DNA of 64,000 nucleotides from Bdellovibrionota bacterium (GCA_041739995.1 JBGSMV010000015.1:32001-96000), one strand, 5' to 3'; counted from the stretch's first letter, positions 1 through 10,120 are shown. Notes: a model not told the origin generated them from the letters alone. Translations and numbers: made by a program.

Positions 1-1436
1 TTTGAGGGGGTAGAGTATGCCCCAAGACAAAGCTCAGGACGTTGTTGGGTAATTCCTTCAAAGAACCCCTCCTGCCAGCGATAGTGAGTCTCATATACCA
101 TTCCCAGCAACTCAACCTCATCGGTAACACTCGAGAGTTCATGAGGTATGGCCAACAAGAGCTCAGCCCACTGACGAAGTGCGCGGGTCTGAGGGTGCAT
201 GTCTTGAGGCAACCTGACCGGAGCAAACACACTGCGCCTCGATCCAAAAATGATAGCTTGTCGAATGAGAGTTCGATCGCTGCACTCGTACTCCTTAGCG
301 AATGAGGGAACAGAATGAAGCACTGCTCGAGCCGAAAGCTGGGGGAAATTCGATTTACGCAACCACTTCTCGCCCTCGTAGCCATAGGCGAGAATTTTTC
401 CGGCCTCAAGTGCAAGAATCATAGTGGCAAGATGCGCCGATGGCAGCGCAGCTAACTCTTCTTGAAAATGTGGGGTGAGCACACGCCGCGCTGCGTGGGC
501 CACGCGGTGAGCGTACTCTGTAGAGTCACAGCGATCGGATGGAATTGGTCCATCAACTCGATCTCCTCCCTGCGACTCCTCCGAAAAAGAGGCGTGGGTG
601 GCGAGCATCGCAGAAAGGAGCGCGGTTGCGTGATCGGGAAGAGTTGCCCCAGAAAACACTTGCTCCAGCTTGCCGGTCTCTAGGCGATCGGCCACGTAAG
701 CAGGATAGTGCGGAAATTTAAGGATCGTTGCTGCCAGTCTTAGGTTGGTCTGAGTCAGCGCATCAAAGCGCACTAATGCCTGATAGAGCGGTGAAGCCTT
801 GGCCTCTTCCTCACTCACAAATGGCACACAAGCCAGCCCAACTATTTGCGCGTCAGGTCGTCCGTCACTATCCAATTTTTCAAGGGCAACGCGAACTCCC
901 GAGTAATAAATGCGTCCGTTGCCCGTTTGTCCAAGCATATCGTCTGCGGTGTAGGAGCGCCAACGATCACGCGATAAATACACTCCGACCCCAAGTGCCA
1001 GAAGCCACAACTTCCAGCAACAAACCAAAATAAAAGCAAGTCGCAGCAGTGCGAAGTGGATAGAAACAAAAACGCTAGAAGCAAACGAGAGATCTACGCG
1101 ATCACCTCCGATAACCCGCGCCGAGTAGAAAAGTGCTTCGGAGAGAGCGTCAAAAAGTCGCACCTCAATGGGCAAAGCTACGAATCGAAGCCATTCTCTG
1201 TACTCAGATTGAGTTTGCAGCAGATCTCTGGCCCAACCGCCACCACTGAGGAAAAGTGCCTGACGTGCGGACCCTCCTCCCGGACCAGCGACCTCGCTCC
1301 ACCACAGAACTCCAGGAACAAAAATACTCAGCGCGAGTGCGCTCGCGATGATCAGACGGACCCAGCTACCCCGACGCTTTAGGTGCTGCAGATCCTTGCG
1401 ATGTTGTCGTGATATTGAGTCCGCGCTAAGTGCCAA
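1..1436 (-). CDS. Large membrane protein, partial (runs off left edge), divergent from the T4SS operon
   Basis: Absent from the ORF track because it has no stop in the window. Manual translation is open from TTG at 1436 (GAGGT RBS upstream) to base 1, about 478 codons. Hydrophobic segments (VRLIIASALALSIFVPGVLWW; FALLRLAFILVCCWKLWLLALGVGVYL) precede a soluble region (DDMLGQTGNGRIYYSG...). Confidence 0.8.
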   Translation of the reverse strand, partial: MALSADSISRQHRKDLQHLKRRGSWVRLIIASALALSIFVPGVLWWSEVAGPGGGSARQALFLSGGGWARDLLQTQSEYREWLRFVALPIEVRLFDALSEALFYSARVIGGDRVDLSFASSVFVSIHFALLRLAFILVCCWKLWLLALGVGVYLSRDRWRSYTADDMLGQTGNGRIYYSGVRVALEKLDSDGRPDAQIVGLACVPFVSEEEAKASPLYQALVRFDALTQTNLRLAATILKFPHYPAYVADRLETGKLEQVFSGATLPDHATALLSAMLATHASFSEESQGGDRVDGPIPSDRCDSTEYAHRVAHAARRVLTPHFQEELAALPSAHLATMILALEAGKILAYGYEGEKWLRKSNFPQLSARAVLHSVPSFAKEYECSDRTLIRQAIIFGSRRSVFAPVRLPQDMHPQTRALRQWAELLLAIPHELSSVTDEVELLGMVYETHYRWQEGFFEGITQQRPELCLGAYSTPS

Positions 1437-1576
1437 GAAAACCTCTAAGCGTTTCGCTCAACGGAAGCCTCCTTCAAAGAGCCCCGACGCTGAGTAATGC
1501 CTAATATTATGCCAAGTTCTACCACTCGCCACGCTGAATCAACTGCCGTGGTGATTGTGGAGAAACTGCCGCTCCA

Positions 1577-1636
1577 AAACAGGGTCAATTCAAACAGGGT
1601 CAATTCAAACTGAGTCAATTCAAACTGAGTCAATTC
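1577..1636. repeat. 4 x 15-bp tandem repeat AAAC(AG/TG)(G/A)GTCAATTC
   Basis: AAACAGGGTCAATTC x2 then AAACTGAGTCAATTC x2, in the divergent intergenic region. Confidence 0.95.
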
Positions 1637-1989
1637 AATGACTAATACCCAGGCCTAATTTCATCAGACCCATTCTCGCTAGTACAATGTATATGGTTGC
1701 ACGCTGCGACTACGAAATGGTCTTAAACCTCGAAGCGCCCCCTCCGATTCACCCACCAGTTCCCCTGTATCTCTAATAATACAGATACTTTGCAACCTCA
1801 CGCCATGATTCATCCATAACACTCTCGAAGTCTGCCTGCTCTGTAGTTGCCCCGTGTCGCAGTCGCATCTTGTGAAACAAAGGTGCTCAGAGCGCAGAGA
1901 AGCTACACTAGTTGAGGATTATCAGGCGATTGTACTGCTATTTGCAGAGTTTAAGCGCGAGAGGAAACCAAGAGGAAACGGAGCGAAGT

Positions 1990-2463
1990 ATGAGTCGATT
2001 TTTCAATGTTCTTTCATTCATAGCCTGGGGCGTTATCGCCTCAAGCGCCCTTTTGAACACCTCTCTGGCCAAGGCCGATGGGATGGGGCCTGGCGGCGAA
2101 CCAGGACTCACGTCGGCGCATGAAAGCGCCCTCGAGGCTGCCCGTCTAGATAAAGAAGCAGCCGAAGCACGCGCTTCCATGGGAGAAAGTCCGTCAATTC
2201 AACAAGTTGACCCTGAAGTTCTATCAGCCGCGACTGGCCATTACGCGCGTGCACGCTCGCATCTGATCGCCGCCATCCGAGAGTTTGATCAGGGCTATAA
2301 GATGGCGAAACCAGACGCGATTTTGAACTCAAAGGAGTGGCGTTCTGACCTGATTTCCAGGGCTGAAGACCTAGAGAGAATTTTGGCCCCGCAGGCGCGC
2401 GCCAGCAAGTTCAGCGTCAAATACGACGCAGACCCAAGGCTGCTAGGGGCTGAAGCAAAGTAA
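1990..2463 (+). CDS. Secreted hypothetical protein, first gene of the T4SS operon
   Basis: ATG 1990 follows GGAG; Sec signal peptide ending ...SLAKA-D; helical mature part. Confidence 0.7.
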   Translation: MSRFFNVLSFIAWGVIASSALLNTSLAKADGMGPGGEPGLTSAHESALEAARLDKEAAEARASMGESPSIQQVDPEVLSAATGHYARARSHLIAAIREFDQGYKMAKPDAILNSKEWRSDLISRAEDLERILAPQARASKFSVKYDADPRLLGAEAK

Positions 2464-2509
2464 CTGGTCAGAACGACTATAGGAGTGAAGACAGAGGAGA
2501 TTCTATTCA

Positions 2510-2947
2510 GTGGACAATGGAGAGGTGATTCCTGGATTAAACGAAGAGTGGACGCTCGGAGGAGCGAAGCTGTTCGAATGGGTCGCAGGATTCATGATGT
2601 TCATCATCGCTTCGGAATTATTCTTCACGAATACGGGAAGAGCGATGCCGCAGTTGATGATGATTTGGGTGAGCACCACGTTTGGACTTGCCGCACTTCG
2701 TCGGACAGTTCCCGACGAGGAGCGCGGTGTACGAAACAAGGTGCTAACCGCCCTTGGCATTTCACCTCCAGGAATCCCCACTCCCGCAGCGCTGCAACCC
2801 TATTGGAGTGGCGCTCCGATGCGCGAGATGGACAAGACTTTGGCGTTTGTCGAGTTACAACTCGATATTGTTTTGGAGACTACTGAAGACGGTCAGCCAA
2901 GATTTCGAGATGACGAAGAAGATCTGAAGGTGTCAGGACGAGGTTAA
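2510..2947 (+). CDS. traL: TraL/VirB3-like inner-membrane T4SS protein
   Basis: Small protein with two TM segments after 'IPGLNEEWTLGG'; lies immediately before traE-traK-traB. Confidence 0.6.
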   Translation: MDNGEVIPGLNEEWTLGGAKLFEWVAGFMMFIIASELFFTNTGRAMPQLMMIWVSTTFGLAALRRTVPDEERGVRNKVLTALGISPPGIPTPAALQPYWSGAPMREMDKTLAFVELQLDIVLETTEDGQPRFRDDEEDLKVSGRG

Positions 2948-2951
2948 GTGT

Positions 2952-3623
2952 ATGGCGAAGGTTTCTCAGCTTACAAAAGATACCGCGCTTTTCGACGCGC
3001 GCGGTGAAACAGACACTATTCGTCTGTGGGAAAACTATCGCGACCAAGCGCTGCTTTGGCGCGGTATTGCCCTGATACAAATCCCTACATCGCTCGTACT
3101 GGTGGTACTCGCGCTCATTCTCTGGACGACTCGATCCGTCACGTTAAACGTTCCCGCGAAGCCACTTCCCGGCATGTATATCGCCAAAGAAATTCCTGAT
3201 ACCGAATTTATCGAAGTGGCCACAGACTTTATTAACCTGATTGGATCTTATCAGCCAAGCACTGCGCGTCGGCAGTTCAACCAAGCCAAGCAACTTCTGG
3301 TAGAGCCGATGCTTGCACGATTCGACAGCGAAATGATGGGAATCGAGCTTAAAGCCATCGAACAGACAACCCGTACTCAATTGTTCTTCGCCGACCCAAT
3401 TGAAACCAAACTCGAGCGCATCGATGACCGCTCAGTGAAAGTCTCCTTTGTCGGCGACAGGCTCAAACTAGTGGCGGGACAAGAGGTTCCTGCGGAGCTT
3501 ACCCGCTTCACGGTAGTACTGACCACCATTCCGCGGCAACAACTCAACCCATACGGCATCGTCATTACTAACGTGCAGTTCGAGAATCTATCTCGTGATC
3601 GAAGCCGCAGAGAAAGAAATTAA
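2952..3623 (+). CDS. traE: TraE-like T4SS protein
   Basis: One N-terminal TM, then 'TLNVP...EFIEVATDFINLIGSYQPSTARRQF' and C-terminal 'NPYGIVITNV'; synteny. Confidence 0.75.
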   Translation: MAKVSQLTKDTALFDARGETDTIRLWENYRDQALLWRGIALIQIPTSLVLVVLALILWTTRSVTLNVPAKPLPGMYIAKEIPDTEFIEVATDFINLIGSYQPSTARRQFNQAKQLLVEPMLARFDSEMMGIELKAIEQTTRTQLFFADPIETKLERIDDRSVKVSFVGDRLKLVAGQEVPAELTRFTVVLTTIPRQQLNPYGIVITNVQFENLSRDRSRRERN

Positions 3624-3639
3624 GTTTTGAGGAGTAGTT

Positions 3640-4452
3640 ATGATCGCTGGATTCACACGTAAAATAGCAATCAGTGTTGGGGTACTGTCGCTGTCAATCG
3701 CCTTAATCGGCATGACCGAGTCAGCCCTTGCGCGCGATATAAAATACAAAGAAGGCGAGATCCAAGTACGAGTAGTTCCGGGAGAACCTTCTGAGGTTCA
3801 ATTCCCAGGAAAAATCTCCGGTGGCTTTAAGCGTCGTCAGTCCTCACTCTCGATCGATCGTCGTGACGACTCCCTCATTCTATTTGCGGGAGATCAACTG
3901 CCTCCAACTGGAGAAGCAATAATCGTACGTCTTAATGATGGACGTTCGTACTCGATGCGAGTAGTGCGCGCCAGCCCTGATGCCCCGCGTGATTCAGTAG
4001 TACGAATTCAGGACAGTCGCTCAAGTGCCTTTGCGGTAGACGAAGAAGAGCCAGAGTACAGAGAGAAGAACTTCGCCTATGCGCCTCCTTCACAAATCAG
4101 CGGCCTGATGCGTGAGATGGTACTTGTCACTGAATTTGGAAAGGCAAATATCCAGGGATATCGAGCTAACGATGTATATAAGGGACAGGTAGTGCTTAAT
4201 GACGGCACTATTGTAGCCAAAATTGACCGCATCTTTGTTGGATCAAATCTGTGGGGATACGTGCTCGATGCGCAAAATCAGCTCGATACTACTCAGTTAA
4301 TCAATCCCGCAAGTTTCCGCTTGGACGGCACTCGCGCAATCTCAATGCGCAACTGGGAACTGGCACCGCGCCCGATGAATGCCGAGCAAGAGCTGGCAGC
4401 AAAAGAAGGGACCAAGATTTATATTATCACGAGAGCGAAGCCAACTACCTAA
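3640..4452 (+). CDS. traK: TraK (VirB9-like) outer-membrane core complex protein
   Basis: Signal peptide, 'SEVQFPGKI', 'GRSYSMRVV', C-terminal 'KIYII'; lies between traE and traB. Confidence 0.75.
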   Translation: MIAGFTRKIAISVGVLSLSIALIGMTESALARDIKYKEGEIQVRVVPGEPSEVQFPGKISGGFKRRQSSLSIDRRDDSLILFAGDQLPPTGEAIIVRLNDGRSYSMRVVRASPDAPRDSVVRIQDSRSSAFAVDEEEPEYREKNFAYAPPSQISGLMREMVLVTEFGKANIQGYRANDVYKGQVVLNDGTIVAKIDRIFVGSNLWGYVLDAQNQLDTTQLINPASFRLDGTRAISMRNWELAPRPMNAEQELAAKEGTKIYIITRAKPTT

Positions 4453-4503
4453 CAGTAATTCAGAGATGCGCAGACACATAGTCACAAATCTCCGGGGGAC
4501 AAT

Positions 4504-5853
4504 ATGAATCAGCGATTTCAAGATTTAGTTACATTACTGAAGCGTGACCGAAAGAGTCAGGTCATCGCCGGCGCTGTATTTCTCGCGCTGATGTTTCTGG
4601 TCTTCTCGGAACCGAAACGAGCGACAGGACCTCGGCGTGATATGAAGCTCGCCGCAGGTACTGGCGCGGCCAATAGCGACGAACGCTACTCTGACTTGAT
4701 TACACGTTTTGGTGGCGACCTTGAAGCAATCCGCGATCAAACGCACCAAACGAGCCAGATTCTTGAAGAGCAAAGGGTAAAACACGCAGAGTTTGAAAAG
4801 CGTACCGCTGAAATTTTCAAGCGAGTCCTTGAGCGCGTCAGCGAAGTAGAAACCGCGGCTGTAAGCGCAGGTCTTGGTGGCGCTGGAATGCCCGACCTTG
4901 GAAACGGTTCAGGTGCAGGGTCAATCTCAGGAGTAGGCGCTGGCGGTGCATTCGGTGACTCAGGTGGCGTTGCTGGCGCAGCAGGCCTGCCGGGGTCTGC
5001 TGGCGATCCACTTGGCGTAGGCGGCTACACTGGCGCTGGCGGGATGCCTGGCATGGCGGGCGGTCCTATGGGCGGCGCTCAGGCAATGAATGTGGGCTAC
5101 CAAGGCAACGGAGCCAATGGTGGCTTTGAGCCGGACTCACAGGAAAGTTTTGGATTTGATGATCAAAAAGTAGCGCCTCCTGCTCTTCCTCCTGCAAAAC
5201 CGATCGCAGTGGTGGGAGAAGGCGATTCAGTACGAGTAAAGATACTCGCGGGCGTAAACGCGCCGACTGACGGAACTCCTTATCCAGTAGTGCTGCAACT
5301 GACGGGAGATGTGCAGGGGCCTGATGGCTCACAATTACCGCTCGGCGAAGCACGCATGATAGCTGCGGCTCAAGGCTCCCTAACTGACGGGCGAGCATTG
5401 TTTCGACTAAGTTCTTTAAACATCAGACTTCCGAATGGGCGACGTAAGATCATCGATGACATTGATGGATACATCGTGGGCGAAGACGGCAAGCTTGGAA
5501 TGGAAGGTGTTCTCATTGATCCGCTCTCTAAGATTCTTGGAGCAGTCATGATTTCCGGTTTCGTCGAGGGAACGGGACAAGCGTATGCACAGCAACAATT
5601 GAGCGTCTACCAAAACGAGTTCGGTGGTAACACCACCGAGGTTACTGGTGACGTCTACAAGTACGGGCTGGGTCGCGGAGCGCAAAATGGCTCGAAAGAG
5701 TGGTCAAACATGATTAAGCAGCGAGCTGACCAGCTTGTGCCTCATGTTGAAGTTCTTTCTGGACGCGAAGGGACTGCTGTTTTTTCAAAATCTTTCATAA
5801 TTACAGAGCTTTACGAGGCGCTTTCAGAGGACCAGGAAGACGGCACGCTCTAA
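4504..5853 (+). CDS. traB: TraB (VirB10-like) core complex protein
   Basis: N-terminal TM, coiled coil, Gly-rich linker, then a TraB domain 'KILAGVNAPT..PYPVVL..GSLTDGRALFRL..GYIVGEDGKLGMEG'. Confidence 0.9.
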   Translation: MNQRFQDLVTLLKRDRKSQVIAGAVFLALMFLVFSEPKRATGPRRDMKLAAGTGAANSDERYSDLITRFGGDLEAIRDQTHQTSQILEEQRVKHAEFEKRTAEIFKRVLERVSEVETAAVSAGLGGAGMPDLGNGSGAGSISGVGAGGAFGDSGGVAGAAGLPGSAGDPLGVGGYTGAGGMPGMAGGPMGGAQAMNVGYQGNGANGGFEPDSQESFGFDDQKVAPPALPPAKPIAVVGEGDSVRVKILAGVNAPTDGTPYPVVLQLTGDVQGPDGSQLPLGEARMIAAAQGSLTDGRALFRLSSLNIRLPNGRRKIIDDIDGYIVGEDGKLGMEGVLIDPLSKILGAVMISGFVEGTGQAYAQQQLSVYQNEFGGNTTEVTGDVYKYGLGRGAQNGSKEWSNMIKQRADQLVPHVEVLSGREGTAVFSKSFIITELYEALSEDQEDGTL

Positions 5854-5914
5854 CGGGCATTTTCAAGTGAAGCACATCAGTGGCAGCGACAGATCAGAGG
5901 GGTAGCGAGGTTAT

Positions 5915-6400
5915 ATGAAAAAGTTGAAACAATCAGTGAGTTACAAGCACTTGGCTTCTCGAGTGGCACTAGCGGTATGCGGTCTCTCACTTGGAGCCTG
6001 CACCACGATGTCCAACGCGATGAACCCGCTATACGAAGCACCGTCCGAACGCGCGATGCTTGGGGACCGAAATGATCATGCGCTCAACGGCACAAAGACA
6101 AAGGTTGATACCGCCAGGCAAGCGCTTGATGCGATGACGACCTACCAGCGCACGAGCCTCCCTGCTCCACAGAATCCTGTAGTTCAACCCGCAGTGATGC
6201 GCCTTATGTGGGTACCTGACCGCTTGAACAAAAACGGCGATCTCATTCCTGCCCACTATTATTACCTGAAGGTCTTGAGTGACCGTTGGGCAGTGCAGGA
6301 TGCGTTCGAACTTGAAGCTCAGCTAAACGGTCCGCGCGGGGCAGCTTCAGGCCCAACGTCAAACATTCCGTATGTACTCGAGAGCGACAAGGTACGGTAG
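5915..6400 (+). CDS. traV: TraV lipoprotein
   Basis: Lipobox LGAC; TraV motif 'VMRLMWVPDRLNKNGDLIPAHYYYLKVLSDRW'. Confidence 0.8.
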   Translation: MKKLKQSVSYKHLASRVALAVCGLSLGACTTMSNAMNPLYEAPSERAMLGDRNDHALNGTKTKVDTARQALDAMTTYQRTSLPAPQNPVVQPAVMRLMWVPDRLNKNGDLIPAHYYYLKVLSDRWAVQDAFELEAQLNGPRGAASGPTSNIPYVLESDKVR

Positions 6401-6404
6401 TAAC

Positions 6405-6959
6405 ATGAAGACTTCCGAAAATTTCTCACCCCAGCCTAAGCTTTGTAGTTCCTACGCAATTGCGTTGGTCGTTGCTGCATCACTTCTCACCAGCTGTTCG
6501 TCAAGCAAGACTCCCGAAACAGGTGCTCTTCAAGCTCATCGCATTTCGCTTCGACAAGTTCCCCCTCAGCCAGTTTACTCAAGAGTGCGCTTTGGGCTCG
6601 ACCCTTCCCCACTTCCTTCTCGCGAATTGCCTCGAAGCAATGCAGACCTGATTAATCCTATCGTGCACATGGAACTCAAAAACGCCACTCTGGAAGAGGC
6701 GAGCTCAGTTCTTGCCGCTGTTTCACGTTACACCAGCTACACCGCAAGCACGATTGCAAAGCAACGCATCTCGCTGAATATGCTTGGCACCGTTGACGAA
6801 ATTGCCAGCCATATCGCCGCTGAAGCAGGTATCAAGGTAGTTGTTGATCACGACGTGCGACAGGTTCGCTTTTTGACCGGGATCGTAACGGATGAGTCAG
6901 GCGACATGTTTACCGAGGCTAGTCCTGAAGAACCCCGGTTCTTAGGAGAGGCTCAGTAA
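6405..6959 (+). CDS. Lipoprotein with a secretin N0/STN (DotD-like) domain
   Basis: Lipobox LTSC; alternating beta/alpha pattern 'VHMELKNATLEEASSVLAAVSRY...RISLNMLGTVDEIASHIAAEAGIKVVVDHDVRQVRF'. Confidence 0.55.
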   Translation: MKTSENFSPQPKLCSSYAIALVVAASLLTSCSSSKTPETGALQAHRISLRQVPPQPVYSRVRFGLDPSPLPSRELPRSNADLINPIVHMELKNATLEEASSVLAAVSRYTSYTASTIAKQRISLNMLGTVDEIASHIAAEAGIKVVVDHDVRQVRFLTGIVTDESGDMFTEASPEEPRFLGEAQ

Positions 6960-7011
6960 GGATAGCTCCTTAGCACGTGCAAAATAGGTTTTACGCAGGG
7001 AACGCAAAGGT

Positions 7012-9756
7012 ATGAGTATTAATCGGTTGACCAGAGAGCGCCTCTTCTCGGATGAGCGACTCTTCAACAAGCTGCTTCCCTTCGCGAAGTACGACGATGA
7101 GTACGAGCTATTCGTACACTCTGACGCTTCTCTGTGGACAGTCTTTGAATTACAGCCGCAGTGGCTCACACGCACTTCCGACGCTGAAGCCTTCCGACTT
7201 ACTGAATCCATGCAAGAAATGCTCGATTCCCTTGAGTACGGATTCAGCGTTCAAGTCAGCTGGGTTACCACTTTCGATGTTGAGCACTTGCTGCGAGACA
7301 GCATGCAACGTTATCCACTAAGCGGCCCCGCCGGCTGGATGGCACGTCGTTGGGTACGCATGTTGCGCAACTCTGCTCGAAGCGCAGTAGTAGGACGCCG
7401 CCCTCGCAAGCTCCGTCTGATTATGGCGTTTCGCTACGATCCTCCTTGGCGCGGGAAAGGAATTATTCAACAGCTTCAGCAGCAAATTGAGCTCTTACTT
7501 TTTGGCAAAGTGGGCACCACCGCTCACCAACGTCGGGCAGAATACCAAGGTCACGCCAACAAAATGAAAGGCGAGATGACCGGTAAGGGCGCAAAGCTCA
7601 TGGATCTGGGCTTTCGACCTCGTCGCCTTAACGGGCAAGATCTCATTGATCTGATGTATCCGCTGCTTAACCGACGCAGCATGAAATCTGGCAAATTTAA
7701 GCGTGGCAAAAATACTTCAGTGCCCGTGCCAATATTCGATCCAACGGACTTCCTCTCCAATCAAGTTTCTGAAACTTCCATGGAGCATCCTAAAAACGGC
7801 GTCATTAAAAAAGATGGTCGCTACTATCGTTCTATCTCCATGGTAAAGCCGCCGAAGCAGTGCTTGCCACTGATGACGACGCCTTTGCAAAGCTTTCCGT
7901 ACGAGAACATCTTAAGCGTGACCTACTCAAAAGACACAAAGGAACAGCAACTCGCTCGTCTCGACCGTCTCGATTCAACGCTTGGCTTCCGAGAACGCAC
8001 GAGCATGGGACGTCTGAACCAGAAGATCGTGCATCAAATTTCAGCAATTCGAACTGCCAGGCAAGAAATTTATAACGGTGCGGCACAGATGGTGCGAGCC
8101 GGCGTGCATCAAACCTTTATATGCCAGACCGAAGAGGAAGCCGTTCGAGCTACCGCAGAAGCGGTCGCTACATTTCCGCAGCTAAACGGTGCGCGCGGCA
8201 TGTTGCACGAAGTCTCCGATCTTGCACTCATGCTGAACACCATGCCTGCCTGCTACGACCCTGCCACCGATGGGCCCGGCTGGACTAATCTACTGGTCTC
8301 ATCTCGCGCCGTTCGACTGTTCCCTCTATGGGGAAATTGGCGCGGATCAGAGGGCTCACAGTTCATCCTTCCCTCGCTCTGGAATCGCGAACTTGTTGGC
8401 TTCGACCTCTTTGACTCAAACATCGCACCGAATACTCTGATCAGCGGCGTATCTGGTGCAGGTAAAAGCTATTTACTTTGTTACATCCTGCTGACGATGA
8501 ACCGAGGACACTTCGCTTCACTTCCGGACGGAAGAGTTGTCGAACGCCAACCGATTACTTTTGTGTTCGACAAGGGCATGGTCGGGCAGCCCTGTGGCTT
8601 TGACAAGGTAGCGCAGCTCTTCGGCGGCCGAATTTACGAGGCGACTCCTTCTAAGGCTCCGGCGATGAACTTCCTCTCTCGACTGGGGGAAACTCCAGCG
8701 GACAATCGCAACGAGGACTATAAAGATCTGCTTGATATGTGCTCCGACATCATCGGCGATATGGCGACCGATCAAGGACGCGGCGTCGATCGTCTCGAAC
8801 GGCAGTCTATTGTTGAATCGTTGACCGAGGCGCATCGACTCTATCGAAATGGGCCTATGCGTCGCGAAATAATCTTAACCGACGTAGTCGCCGTGCTGAG
8901 AGCACCACGCCGCATCGATGAACCAGACGATTCGGCTAAGCGTCGCCAGCGAATTGCCCTCCTGATTGGTGATTACTATGGCGAGGGCACCTACGCTCGA
9001 TTCTTTGACCGACCTGGCGCTCTCAAATTGAAGGAACGCTTCATTGTGTTCGATCTCAAGGCGCTGAGCAGAAATCCGGACCTCCAGCGAGTATTTCTCA
9101 AGGTCGCCATGTTGTGGGCAGATACGGTCATGAATGACCCTAAGGAGCTCGACTGCCGTAAAATTCTCGTATTTGACGAGGCGCATGATCTCATTGGTAA
9201 GACGTCAGCCAACACGATCGAAACTGCCTTCCGACTCTATAGAAAGCGAAAGGGCATAGTAATCGCAGCCTCTCAGAGCGGTGAGGACTTCTATGTGGGC
9301 TCTGGCGGGCAAGCGATCGTTCAGAACAGTGCGCACAAGATTTTCCTTCGACAGGACCCTTCAAAGTTTCACTACACGGCGCAGGCCTTCAATCTTACCC
9401 CGGAGCAGTCGAATGTGATTCTTCGTTTGCGAACGGTGAAAGGTGTCGAATCACAATTCTTCCTTCTTTCAGACATTGGCGAAGCCGCCCTGGTGTTGCC
9501 GCTTGAACCTGCCTTCTATTGGGCAAGTACAAACAACGGCGATGATAATCAGCTCTTCGCTGATGCGCTCGAAGAGGCGCAAGGAAACTTTTGGGCTGCA
9601 CTTGAGCGAGTAGTCGCGGTTGCCCCAAATGGCGCAGCAGCCTTCCATCAAAGGAGACTGCGAAACCAGGTATCCGGAGCGGATGATACAAGTGACATAA
9701 CGAACATTGTTTCCTCGATCATTTCGGAATCTGCCGAAGGAGTAGGTAATCTTTAG
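7012..9756 (+). CDS. traC: TraC/VirB4 family T4SS ATPase
   Basis: 914 aa; Walker A GVSGAGKS, Walker B ILVFDEAH, 'FRLYRKRKG..IAASQS', 'FIVFDLKAL'. Confidence 0.92.
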   Translation: MSINRLTRERLFSDERLFNKLLPFAKYDDEYELFVHSDASLWTVFELQPQWLTRTSDAEAFRLTESMQEMLDSLEYGFSVQVSWVTTFDVEHLLRDSMQRYPLSGPAGWMARRWVRMLRNSARSAVVGRRPRKLRLIMAFRYDPPWRGKGIIQQLQQQIELLLFGKVGTTAHQRRAEYQGHANKMKGEMTGKGAKLMDLGFRPRRLNGQDLIDLMYPLLNRRSMKSGKFKRGKNTSVPVPIFDPTDFLSNQVSETSMEHPKNGVIKKDGRYYRSISMVKPPKQCLPLMTTPLQSFPYENILSVTYSKDTKEQQLARLDRLDSTLGFRERTSMGRLNQKIVHQISAIRTARQEIYNGAAQMVRAGVHQTFICQTEEEAVRATAEAVATFPQLNGARGMLHEVSDLALMLNTMPACYDPATDGPGWTNLLVSSRAVRLFPLWGNWRGSEGSQFILPSLWNRELVGFDLFDSNIAPNTLISGVSGAGKSYLLCYILLTMNRGHFASLPDGRVVERQPITFVFDKGMVGQPCGFDKVAQLFGGRIYEATPSKAPAMNFLSRLGETPADNRNEDYKDLLDMCSDIIGDMATDQGRGVDRLERQSIVESLTEAHRLYRNGPMRREIILTDVVAVLRAPRRIDEPDDSAKRRQRIALLIGDYYGEGTYARFFDRPGALKLKERFIVFDLKALSRNPDLQRVFLKVAMLWADTVMNDPKELDCRKILVFDEAHDLIGKTSANTIETAFRLYRKRKGIVIAASQSGEDFYVGSGGQAIVQNSAHKIFLRQDPSKFHYTAQAFNLTPEQSNVILRLRTVKGVESQFFLLSDIGEAALVLPLEPAFYWASTNNGDDNQLFADALEEAQGNFWAALERVVAVAPNGAAAFHQRRLRNQVSGADDTSDITNIVSSIISESAEGVGNL

Positions 9757-9777
9757 GTACTGTGCATGGAGTGTTAT

Positions 9778-10080
9778 ATGATTGAAAAATTGGTGACTAT
9801 GAAAACATTCGCGGTCAGCTCACTGCTCCTTGGAAGTCTATTGGTAAGTGGGTGCTCCACTAAAAGCACCTCAGCCGTGGAAGTAATTCCACAAACTCGA
9901 GTCGCGGTGATCACTGCTCCCGGAGTGGTAGATCATATTTGGGAGGAACCAATGGTTGATGTCGTTGACGTTCCCCCGGGGCTCGATCCCGAGGGTCGCT
10001 ACTATCGACCCTCACACCAAGCCATTGTCGAGATTCGACAGGGCCACTGGCGTCAACAGGGACAGGAAGGGCAAAAATAG
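9778..10080 (+). CDS. Second TraV-like lipoprotein
   Basis: Lipobox VSGC; 'VVDVPPGLDPEGRYYRPSHQAIVEIRQGHW' parallels the TraV motif. Confidence 0.55.
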   Translation: MIEKLVTMKTFAVSSLLLGSLLVSGCSTKSTSAVEVIPQTRVAVITAPGVVDHIWEEPMVDVVDVPPGLDPEGRYYRPSHQAIVEIRQGHWRQQGQEGQK

Positions 10081-10120
10081 TTAATATAGTATCCGTTCAC
10101 GGAATGAAATTGATTTCACT

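Noticed and set aside
1445..1633. ORF MTQFELTQFEL...
   Set aside because: A by-product of the 15-bp repeat.
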